A stretch of DNA of 64,000 nt from Candidatus Poribacteria bacterium (GTDB lineage: Bacteria > Poribacteria > WGA-4E > GCA-2687025): assembly GCA_963665845.2 (NCBI GenBank), contig OY762492.1, positions 1,376,001 to 1,440,000 of the forward strand, in the 5' to 3' direction. The notes under the pieces are model-generated. The model did no database searches. It was not told the DNA's origin and worked only from the letters and a program-made list of their open reading frames with translations. Positions 31,079-39,133 of this stretch are shown here, one piece after another; position 1 is the first letter of the stretch, and the number at the start of each line of letters is the position of its first letter. A program made the translations under genes and the position numbers.

Positions 31079-31181
31079 AACGCCGAGGCGATGGACGATG
31101 GTTACCGCCCATAGACAAGGAAGTTGGTACCCTTGTCCAGGCTTTACGCCTGCTTCCGTCGTCCGCTCCTTTCTCGGCGTT
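31079..31181 (+). ncRNA. Y-RNA-like ncRNA 1 (Ro-binding stem plus two hairpins)
   Basis: AACGCCGAG/CTCGGCGTT terminal helix, GGCGATG motif, GGACGATGG/CCGTCGTCC helix, GGTTAC; upstream of Ro60. Confidence 0.75.
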
Positions 31182-31242
31182 CTTCATGGGTTTGGCGCGC
31201 GTTTCAGCGCGGTACTCCCATGCGCGGTTTTTTCATTTTTTA

Positions 31243-31292
31243 TAAACCCCCCTAGCCCCCCTTTTCAAGGGGGAATCGGACGCGGCGGCGCG
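31243..31292. repeat. CCCCCTAGCCCCCCTTTTCAAGGGGG repeat module between the two RNA units
   Basis: Reverse complement of the module at about 11600-11643. Confidence 0.85.
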
Positions 31293-31314
31293 ACTATCCG
31301 CGTATGACCGTACT

Positions 31315-31379
31315 GCGCTTCCTGACCTTGCGTCTAATGACGATTTAATTGGACATCGGCGCAGTCTGTACTGCATGAT
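31315..31379 (+). promoter_or_regulatory. Promoter block 2 for Y-like RNA 2 and probably the Ro60 gene
   Basis: Duplicate of 31010-31074 with 2 substitutions, both in the spacer. Confidence 0.65.
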
Positions 31380-31384
31380 GTAAC

Positions 31385-31450
31385 GACGCCGAGGCGATGG
31401 GTGATGGTTACCTGTCAAGTAAATCCGTCATTCGCTCCTTTCTCGGCGTT
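31385..31450 (+). ncRNA. Y-RNA-like ncRNA 2 (minimal, about 66 nt)
   Basis: GACGCCGAG/CTCGGCGTT and GGGTGATGG/CCGTCATTC helices, pairing-preserving changes relative to RNA 1. Confidence 0.72.
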
Positions 31451-31478
31451 CAATTAAATGAGCGTAAAGGGGGGATCC

Positions 31479-33074
31479 ATGAAAGAACTGATGAACGCGC
31501 TAGGGCAGGTTCCGCAAAAAGAGCCGATCCCCGGCAGAGAAGCGGACATGGCGCGCAACAACGCGGGCGGCTTCGCCTTTCAAGTCGACAAATGGACGCA
31601 GCTGGACAGGTTTCTCATACTCGGAACCGCCGGCGGAACTTACTATATCGAAGAGCGCGAACTGACCCTGGAAAACGCCGAATGCGTCAAGGAGTGCGCC
31701 GCCGAGGACGGCATGCGCGCCGTTGAGCGCATCGTCCGCATCTCCGACAGCGGACGCGCGCCGAAGAACGATCAAGCGATTTTTGCGCTTGCCATGTGCG
31801 CCTCGTACGGAGACAGCGAAACAAAGAAAGCGGCGCTTGAGGCGCTGTCGAAGGTGTGCCGAATCGGAACGCATCTGCTCATGTTCACCGCGTTTTTGAA
31901 ACAGATGCGCGGCTTCGGGCGAAGCGTCAAGCGCGCCCTCGGAGGCTGGTATACCGGCAAGGAGCCGAACAAGCTGGCGGAGCAGGTCATGAAATACCGC
32001 AACCGCCACGGCTGGACGCACCGCGACATCCTGCGGCTTGCGCATCCGCATGGTCCGTCGATCGGCGACGAGGTGAACGACATTTTCCGCTGGGTCGCGC
32101 ACCCGGGCGAGTATGAAGCGAATGAGAACACGCCGGCGCCGCTGGGCGCGTTTTTGAAGCTGCAGAAGGCGGTCAACTCGAAGCAGGCGGCGCGGTTGAT
32201 TGCCGAGAATCCCGCGCTGTCGCATGAGATGGTTCCGACGCATCTGAAAGACGCGCGCGTCTGGCAGGCGATCCTGGAGCGCGGCCTCGGCATGACGGCG
32301 CTCATCCGCAATCTGCCGACGATGACGCGCGTTGGGCTGTTGAAGCCGATGTCGCGCCACGCGCAGCTGGCGGCGGAACGGCTGAACGACGCGGACGCGC
32401 TCAAACGGCAGCGCGTTCATCCGATCAACCTGCTCATCGCCTACCGAACCTACGCGGCCGGCAAGTCGATTCGCGGGACGGCGGAATGGGAGCCGACGCA
32501 GGAAATTGCGGAGGCGCTGCAGGCGGCGTTTTATGCGGCGTACAACAGCATCGAGACGCTGCCGAAGCGGGTTTATGTCGGCGTCGATGTGAGCGGGTCG
32601 ATGGGGCATGCGCATCTGTGCGGCGTCCCTGGTTTCTCGCCGAGGGTCGCGTCGGCGGCGCTGGCGGTCTGCTATGCGCGGCAGTTTGAGCGCGCGGCGG
32701 TATACGGTTTTTCAGACAAGATGAAAGACCTGCGGATTGGGGCGGGGACGACCATCGAAACGGCGATGGAACGCGCGGACGCGATGGACTTCGGCAGCAC
32801 CGACTGCGCCATGCCGATGCTCCACGCGCTGGAGGCGGGCATTGAAGCGGACGCTTTCGTCATTTTGACCGACAACGAAACCTGGGCGGGCGATATACAC
32901 CCCGCCGAGGCGCTGCGGAATTACCGCAAGCAAACGGGCATTGAGGCGAAGCTGGTCGTGTGCGGAATGGCGTCAACCGGGTTTTCGATTGCGGATCCGA
33001 AGGACGGCGGAATGCTGGATGTGGTCGGCTTCGACACGGCGGTTCCGCGCCTGATGGACGATTTTTTGGAATGA
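31479..33074 (+). CDS. rsr: Ro60/TROVE-domain RNA-binding protein with vWA domain
   Basis: NNAGGFAF, RFLILGT.GGTYY, KYRNRHGWTHRDILRLAHP, ALIRNL, MIDAS DVSGS...TDCA...LTDNE; SD AAAGGGGGGA before ATG 31479. Confidence 0.96.
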   Translation: MKELMNALGQVPQKEPIPGREADMARNNAGGFAFQVDKWTQLDRFLILGTAGGTYYIEERELTLENAECVKECAAEDGMRAVERIVRISDSGRAPKNDQAIFALAMCASYGDSETKKAALEALSKVCRIGTHLLMFTAFLKQMRGFGRSVKRALGGWYTGKEPNKLAEQVMKYRNRHGWTHRDILRLAHPHGPSIGDEVNDIFRWVAHPGEYEANENTPAPLGAFLKLQKAVNSKQAARLIAENPALSHEMVPTHLKDARVWQAILERGLGMTALIRNLPTMTRVGLLKPMSRHAQLAAERLNDADALKRQRVHPINLLIAYRTYAAGKSIRGTAEWEPTQEIAEALQAAFYAAYNSIETLPKRVYVGVDVSGSMGHAHLCGVPGFSPRVASAALAVCYARQFERAAVYGFSDKMKDLRIGAGTTIETAMERADAMDFGSTDCAMPMLHALEAGIEADAFVILTDNETWAGDIHPAEALRNYRKQTGIEAKLVVCGMASTGFSIADPKDGGMLDVVGFDTAVPRLMDDFLE

Positions 33075-33079
33075 TGAGC

Positions 33080-33207
33080 AGGGCGGGGCGAATGCAATTG
33101 GTTACCATAACCAACAGGTCGCAGGTTCGAATCCTGCCGTTCGCGCCAGCGGGCGTAGCTTAGGGGTAGAGCAGTTGGCCGCCGACTGCAAGCAACTTCC
33201 CCGCCTT
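33080..33207 (+). ncRNA. yrlA: YrlA-type Y RNA (circularly permuted tRNA mimic)
   Basis: GGCGAATG Ro motif; T arm GCAGG-TTCGAAT-CCTGC, then acceptor stem closed by GCCA, then D arm GCTT-AGGGGTA-GAGC; terminal helix 33080-88/33199-207. Confidence 0.9.
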
Positions 33208-33223
33208 CTTGTCATACGCTTCT

Positions 33224-34624
33224 CTAGGCGTTTTCTTTTGGTTGAGGGCGCGGCGGCGATCCCTTAGCGGCCATTTCCGCAATCAATGTCCAGATCAGCG
33301 ACAGCGCCAGGGCGGCTAAAAACGCCGCCAGCAGATTCACCGACAGGCGGGGGCGCGCCGGGCGCGTGTCCGGCTCCGCCCTGTCCAGCGCCTGAAAGAC
33401 AGCCTGCTCGCGTATTTCGTCCGCTTTTGCGATCTCATACTGCTGCTCCAAAAGCAGATACAGCGTCTCCTGAAGTTTCTTCTCGCGCGACAAACGCGCA
33501 TACTCCCGCTCCACATCCGGCAGCCGCTCCAGCGGCCCGACGCTCAAAAAATTGTCGCCGCTCTCGATCTGCGACAGCGACCTGTTCAGCTCCTCAATCT
33601 GCCGCTCCACCGCGCTCAGCAGCGGATTGCCGACGGCAGCCTTTGCGGCGGTCAAACGCTCCCGCTCAATTTTCACGCTCTCCAGCAGCGCTTGTATCTC
33701 GCCGGCGCGCAGCGCGATGGAGGCAACCTGGTCAGGCAGCGAGACGATGCCGCGCTCCCGCTTGAACTCCGCCAGCGCGTCTTCCGCCTCGCGCAGCTCC
33801 CGCTTCACCGCGTCGCGCCGCGCCTCGATGAACCGGCGGTGGCGCGACGATTCGGTCAACGCGGTCTCCTGAAAATACTTGTCCAGCTCGTCCGCAAAGG
33901 CGTTCGCCGCGTCCGCCGCCAGCTCGGCGCTGTCAGGAGCCTCAAAACGGATCGTCAACGCTAGGTTCTTGTCGGTCTGAACGACCAGCCCCTCCCGTAT
34001 TTTCGACACCGCTTCCCGCGCTTTTCGGTACCATGCCCACCGTATCTCCTCCAACGGATACGGCGCTTCCGGCAGGCTTTCAACGCCGACCGACTGCGCC
34101 ATGCGCCGCCGCAGCGCCTCCTCCGACATCGTCAAGATTCCCTCGTCAGGGCTTTCTTGCAGTCGCCCGTCCAAAACATCGGGATGCGCATACGCCAGCG
34201 CCAGCCCCGCTTTCTCTGGATCCAACAGCTGCTTAGCCGTCGCCGCGCCATGCCGCCGCTTCTCCGCCTCTAGATACCGCGCTGTCAAATCCAAGCGGCG
34301 CGCCACCGCATGCGCCATCCGGCGCGTCGTCAAGACCGCTGTCAGTTTCTTGTTTTCGGACGCGCCGATCCCTGGGACAAGCCCGCCCACGGGCGCCGTC
34401 TGTAAAAAGGGACTCAGCGCGTCCAGCGACGGACCCGACGAATCGACCGTCCGTATCGAAACAGAGGAGCGGTAGGTTTTAACCGCAAAAAAGAAGGTGT
34501 AGACGCAGGACGCGCCGACGCATACCGCAAAGATGAGCGCGATGGCAAGCCGCCGACGCCAGACGCTTTGGAGCAGCGCGGCTAAGGAGGGGTTGTTTCG
34601 GTCGGCGCCGTTCATCGTTTTCAA
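33224..34624 (-). CDS. Polysaccharide chain-length determinant (Wzz/Wzc N-terminal, GNVR-like)
   Basis: Two terminal TM helices, coiled coil, LDRAEP..PARP. Confidence 0.85.
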   Translation of the reverse strand: MKTMNGADRNNPSLAALLQSVWRRRLAIALIFAVCVGASCVYTFFFAVKTYRSSVSIRTVDSSGPSLDALSPFLQTAPVGGLVPGIGASENKKLTAVLTTRRMAHAVARRLDLTARYLEAEKRRHGAATAKQLLDPEKAGLALAYAHPDVLDGRLQESPDEGILTMSEEALRRRMAQSVGVESLPEAPYPLEEIRWAWYRKAREAVSKIREGLVVQTDKNLALTIRFEAPDSAELAADAANAFADELDKYFQETALTESSRHRRFIEARRDAVKRELREAEDALAEFKRERGIVSLPDQVASIALRAGEIQALLESVKIERERLTAAKAAVGNPLLSAVERQIEELNRSLSQIESGDNFLSVGPLERLPDVEREYARLSREKKLQETLYLLLEQQYEIAKADEIREQAVFQALDRAEPDTRPARPRLSVNLLAAFLAALALSLIWTLIAEMAAKGSPPRPQPKENA

Positions 34625-35451
34625 CGCTTCTGTCCAATATAGGTGTAATGGGTGAAAAACGGAGCCGCCCAGGACGGCAGCCGCCGCTCTAGGCGCTCAA
34701 AACGGCGCGCCCAGGCGGCGTTCGGCAACGCGCGAAAATACTCCACCCTCCTCTTCAGAACGCCGCATCGGGCGAATGCGCGCGACAGGCGCAGCGGGGT
34801 CAAAATGCGCTCGTTGCCGTAGGGGTGCTGGACGCCGTTTTCGTCCGTGTATGTTTTGATCGTTCGAAAACCGCGCTGCCGAAAAAAATTCAGCTGAATG
34901 AGAGGATTCCATGCGTTCGGCTCCGACGCCGCGGCATAACCCCCTGGCTTGATGAGAGAGGCGATCTTTTCAACCGCCTCCGCCCGCGGCTCAAGATGAT
35001 GAAAGGTCTGCTGCATCCAGACCGCGTCGAACGACTCCTTTTCCGTTGTCTCAAACAGGTTTCCGCGCCGAAACTCAACCTGTATCGGACGCCCGCTTCT
35101 TTCGCGCATCGTTTCAAGGCAGCGCGCGGCGGTTCGAAGCCTGTCGGCGCGCAGGTCCTGACCGACAACAGACGCCCCCGTCCGATACGCGACCCAGAGC
35201 GCCTCCATGCCGCATCCGCAGCCCAAGTCCAGCAGGCGAAACGTTTCCGCCGAGTTTGCCAGCTCCATCAACCGCTTCAACTGCCGAGAGTAATGCGCCT
35301 CAATATATCGATCCCAAAGACGCGCATAGCTGGCGTAGTATTTGTTAAAGGTGATCCGTTCGGCGCCGTCCAGCAGGGGCGATTTGAGCCATGCGCCGAG
35401 AAACTCCCCCGCCGTCGACGCCGCGAGCGGGTCGGCAGCGTCAGACTTCAC
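34621..35451 (-). CDS. Class I SAM-dependent methyltransferase
   Basis: LLDLGCGCG, FDAV...FHHL, IKPGG, EPNAWNP. Confidence 0.88.
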   Translation of the reverse strand: MKSDAADPLAASTAGEFLGAWLKSPLLDGAERITFNKYYASYARLWDRYIEAHYSRQLKRLMELANSAETFRLLDLGCGCGMEALWVAYRTGASVVGQDLRADRLRTAARCLETMRERSGRPIQVEFRRGNLFETTEKESFDAVWMQQTFHHLEPRAEAVEKIASLIKPGGYAAASEPNAWNPLIQLNFFRQRGFRTIKTYTDENGVQHPYGNERILTPLRLSRAFARCGVLKRRVEYFRALPNAAWARRFERLERRLPSWAAPFFTHYTYIGQKR

Positions 35452-36589
35452 GGCGCGCCGTCTCTTTGTAAAGTTTCATATACATCTGCGCGGCGGCGCG
35501 TATGCCGTAGTTGCGTTTCACGCGGGCGCGCGCCGCCTCGCCAAGCGCCGCCCGTTCCGACGGCGCCATCGCAAAATAGCGGATCCAGGCGGCGGACATC
35601 GCCTCCAAGTTTCGGGGCGGGACGACAAACCCTGTCTCCCCGACAATCTGACGCGACTCGCCGACATCCGTCACTGCGCATGGAACGCCGCATGCCATCG
35701 CCTCCCCGACAACGTTCGGAAACCCTTCGCCGTAGGCGGAGGTCAACGCCATGAGATCGAAGGCGGGGTACACCTTCTCTGTGTCAGGGCGCTGACCGAT
35801 GAGGCGGAGCCGCTCCAGCATGCCTGCGCGCTGCGCCTCCGCGTTCAGCTGGGCGTTGGAGCTGTCCATGCCCTCGCCGCATAGAATAAAATGCGCGCTC
35901 GGCTGTTGTTCAAGAAGCCGCGCCGCCGACTGCAGAAAGTTGCCGAGATCCTTTTTCTCATGGTAACGGCACACGATGCCGACGACGGGGTAGGTCGGCT
36001 CTATGCGCAGTTCGCGCCGGAGTTTTACGCGCGCCTCTTGGTTCGGTTGAAATCTGCCCGTGTCGAACCCGTTCGGGATGACAGCGATCTTGTCCATCGG
36101 GTAGCCGAAGGCGGCGTGGCTGTCCGCGGCGGCGGTTGAGCAGGAGACGATGCGCGTCGGCAGCCTGTCGGACAAGGCGGCGCACGCTTTCATGACCGCC
36201 ATGGTGCGGCGCGGCAGCTCGTTCGGGTCGACGGAGCTTTGGCGGATGTTCCACACCACGCGGGGGCAGCCGGCAAATTTGGCGGCGATTCCGCCCATCA
36301 GGTCGGCGTGCGGCATCCATGTCTGTACGATATGCGGGCGAAACGCGCGAAGCTGGCGCGTCAAACGCCAGAAGGCGGACAAACTCGGCGCGGACGGGCG
36401 CATGTTGAGCGCAGCGAACGGCGCCCCCGCCTCATTCAGCAGCGGCGCGATGTCCTCATGGGCGGAGAGGCCGAAGACGCGCGGTTCAGCCTCCGCGCGG
36501 TCGGCGCTGCGCAGCAGTTTGACCAGCATCATCTGCGCGCCGCCGTACTCAAGGCTTGTGATGATATGGGCGATGCGGAGCGGTTTCAC
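35441..36589 (-). CDS. Glycosyltransferase family 4
   Basis: HIITSLEYGGAQ, IPNGFD, EGFPNVVGEAMACG, TDVG; GTG start inferred. Confidence 0.92.
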   Translation of the reverse strand: MKPLRIAHIITSLEYGGAQMMLVKLLRSADRAEAEPRVFGLSAHEDIAPLLNEAGAPFAALNMRPSAPSLSAFWRLTRQLRAFRPHIVQTWMPHADLMGGIAAKFAGCPRVVWNIRQSSVDPNELPRRTMAVMKACAALSDRLPTRIVSCSTAAADSHAAFGYPMDKIAVIPNGFDTGRFQPNQEARVKLRRELRIEPTYPVVGIVCRYHEKKDLGNFLQSAARLLEQQPSAHFILCGEGMDSSNAQLNAEAQRAGMLERLRLIGQRPDTEKVYPAFDLMALTSAYGEGFPNVVGEAMACGVPCAVTDVGESRQIVGETGFVVPPRNLEAMSAAWIRYFAMAPSERAALGEAARARVKRNYGIRAAAQMYMKLYKETARREV

Positions 36590-36792
36590 GCGCCTTTTTC
36601 TCCAGAGGCGTCTCTTGCGGTTTATTATAGCGCGCCGCCCTCTTTCCGTCATCTGCGCGCCCGCCGCCATAGCGCGGGCTGTCATTCCCGCCCTTGCGGT
36701 GAAACGTACGGGAATCTAGAGGCGCCGACAACGCCCGCGTTCACTCTTAGATTTGTCCCAGCTCTAAGGGTAAGGTCGGGAAGGAGAAACGG

Positions 36793-38031
36793 TTATTCTT
36801 TTAAACCAAAAATCTGTCGAAACAGCGCGATTTTATGCGCGTGTTCAGGGTCGTTTGCGTCGAACGATTTCAACGCGAGCGTCGGCTCATGGAGCAGCTT
36901 CTGAAGAATGCGCCGCGTCGCCTCATCCACCGCCTGCGCCTCCGCCGCCGACAAGCGGCGCGCAACCCGCTGCAGCTCCGCTTGACGCGCCTGTTCAAGC
37001 CGACTGCGCAGCTGCTTGACCGTTTCCGCCAACGGCAGCGCCGCGTGCCAGCGGCTCAATTGCGCCGTCTCCTGCTGAACGATCGCCTCCGCCGCCGGCA
37101 GCTCTTGACGCCGCCGCTCAAGGTTCCGGTCGATCTCCGCCCGCAGATCGTCCATCGCGTAAAGCCGCACATTCGCCATCTCCCGTATTTCAGGGTCAAT
37201 GTTGCGCGGATGGCTCAAATCGACCATCGACACAGGGCGCGAACGCAGCAATGTTTCCGCTTCGCCCCGCCGAACCAGGTAGTAAGGGGCGGCGCTGGCG
37301 CACACGATCCCGTCCGACGCCGCAAACAGTTCGCATTTTTGGGAAATTTCCGCCGCCTCGCCGCCCACTTCAGCCGCCAGACGCTCCGCGCGGGCAAGCG
37401 TTCGGCTCAATATCGTCAACCGACCGACGCCCCCCGAAACGAAACAACGGGCAACCTGTTCCCCGATTTCGCCTGTTCCGATCAGCAAAACGCGCTTCTC
37501 AGACAGATCGCCCAGATCGCGCTGGAGCGTCCCCCGCGCGATGGACGCGAGCGAGACGGTGCCGACGCCGACAGCCGTCTCGGAGCGGACGCGCTTCGCC
37601 GCATGGAGCGTTCGGTTGAACACCTCGTTGAAGAAGATGCCGGCGGCTCCGATCTCCCGCGCCCGATGAAACGCCTCCTTCACCTGACCCAGCACCTCGG
37701 TTTCGCCCAGAAGCATGGAGTCCAAGCCGGACGCGACGCGGAACAGATGCGACACCGCCGCTCGGTTCTCCAGCTCCATCCAGTAAGCGCTCACATTCGC
37801 GCCGCTGAATCGGCTCAACGCGGAATCTAGAATCTGCTTCAGCTGGGGAATCGGCAGACCGGCAAGATAAAACTCGGAACGGTTGCATGTGGAGACGGTC
37901 AACGCCTCCGGCGCGCCGGCGCGCTGCAGGGCGCGCATGATCTGCCCCGCCTCGTCGGAGGTCAACGCAAACCGCTCCCGCGCCTCCACAGGGGCGGTCC
38001 GATAATTGATGCCTCGAAAATAGCACTCCAC
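36793..38031 (-). CDS. hemA: Glutamyl-tRNA reductase
   Basis: TAPVEARE, STCNRSE, HLFRVASGLDSMLLGE.EVLGQVK, PRNIDP. Confidence 0.96.
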   Translation of the reverse strand: MECYFRGINYRTAPVEARERFALTSDEAGQIMRALQRAGAPEALTVSTCNRSEFYLAGLPIPQLKQILDSALSRFSGANVSAYWMELENRAAVSHLFRVASGLDSMLLGETEVLGQVKEAFHRAREIGAAGIFFNEVFNRTLHAAKRVRSETAVGVGTVSLASIARGTLQRDLGDLSEKRVLLIGTGEIGEQVARCFVSGGVGRLTILSRTLARAERLAAEVGGEAAEISQKCELFAASDGIVCASAAPYYLVRRGEAETLLRSRPVSMVDLSHPRNIDPEIREMANVRLYAMDDLRAEIDRNLERRRQELPAAEAIVQQETAQLSRWHAALPLAETVKQLRSRLEQARQAELQRVARRLSAAEAQAVDEATRRILQKLLHEPTLALKSFDANDPEHAHKIALFRQIFGLKE

Positions 38032-38043
38032 GCGGTCTACGCC

Positions 38044-39111
38044 CTACGCGCCTGCGGGCGCGGCATGATCAGCGCGCTGCTGAGCCGCCCAAGCGTCGTA
38101 ATCTTCCGTGAAATACTCGACGCGCGTTTTTTTGAATTCGCGGGTCGAGTACAGCATCGCGTAGTTCTCAATGCCGGTCTTCTTCTGAACCTCCCGCGCA
38201 ATCGTCTCGCAATCCTCTTTCGATTTTCCGTGAATCATCGAGAACAGGTTGTAGGGCCAGTCGGGATAGGTCGGGCGCAGGTAGCAGTGGCTGATGTTGC
38301 GAAACTCCGACATGATGTCGCCGCACCGGTCGGCATCCTCCGGCGGAACCGCCCAGACCCCCATCGCGTTCGATCGGTACCCCGCCTTTTGATGCCGCAA
38401 AATCGCCGCGAACCGGCGAAGCATCTTGCGCTCTTTCAGGTCGTCCGCCATTGCAAACAGCTCCGCCTGCGTCAATCCCGCCGCTTCAGCCGGCTTCGCA
38501 AACGGCTCCGGAACATACTCGATCTGCTTCTGCATCTCGCGCACAAACCCCTTTTCTTTGTCGGTGAGGCGGGGATTCTGCGCCTGTATCGGCCGTCGGA
38601 AACCCTTGTCTTTCGACTTGACCGTCGCCGACATTTTGCCGGTCATGTCCAGTTTCACCCCGATCTTATACAGGATCAGCGTCGGCAGCATGCGGTACCG
38701 GACAGCGGGGGCGCCGCCGCACGCCTCCGCCAGATAGACAACATCCTCTTCGGGGTCTTTCTCCGGCGGCGTCGCAATGGTGAACCAGATATTGTACTCA
38801 TGGTTGCGTTCGTAGTTGTGGCTGACGCCGGGATGCTGATTGATGACGCGCGCGGCGGCGTTCACCCGCTCCTCTGGGACATGGAACGCGACAAGGCTGC
38901 TCTTGTACCCTAGCGCGCGCGTGTCAAAAATGGCGCTCACCTGACGCACAATGCCGCTGCGGTGCATCGCCTCCGCCCGCTCTATTGCCTCCCGCTCCGA
39001 GACGCCTGTCTGCTCCGCCATCTGTAAAAACGGACGCTCCGCAAGCGGGAAATCGTCCTGCATGATGTTCAGTAAAAGCCCGTCGATTTCGTCAACTTGC
39101 GGTTGTTTCAT
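38044..39111 (-). CDS. Fused siroheme decarboxylase AhbA-AhbB (NirDL-like)
   Basis: FPLAERPF...VSHNYERNHEYNIWFT in the first half; ISHCYLRPTYPDWPYNLFSMIH...REFKK in the second. Confidence 0.9.
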   Translation of the reverse strand: MKQPQVDEIDGLLLNIMQDDFPLAERPFLQMAEQTGVSEREAIERAEAMHRSGIVRQVSAIFDTRALGYKSSLVAFHVPEERVNAAARVINQHPGVSHNYERNHEYNIWFTIATPPEKDPEEDVVYLAEACGGAPAVRYRMLPTLILYKIGVKLDMTGKMSATVKSKDKGFRRPIQAQNPRLTDKEKGFVREMQKQIEYVPEPFAKPAEAAGLTQAELFAMADDLKERKMLRRFAAILRHQKAGYRSNAMGVWAVPPEDADRCGDIMSEFRNISHCYLRPTYPDWPYNLFSMIHGKSKEDCETIAREVQKKTGIENYAMLYSTREFKKTRVEYFTEDYDAWAAQQRADHAAPAGA

Positions 39112-39133
39112 CGTTTCCTTCCATTCGCTTCCG

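Noticed and set aside
31098-31307. 69-aa ORF upstream of rsr
   Set aside because: Overlaps RNA1 and a repeat module; no protein features; the RNA structure accounts for the sequence
33111-33178. Conventional tRNA gene or integration-site tRNA remnant
   Set aside because: Arms are in T-acceptor-D order inside a Ro-binding stem next to a TROVE gene, and no integrase is nearby; YrlA fits better
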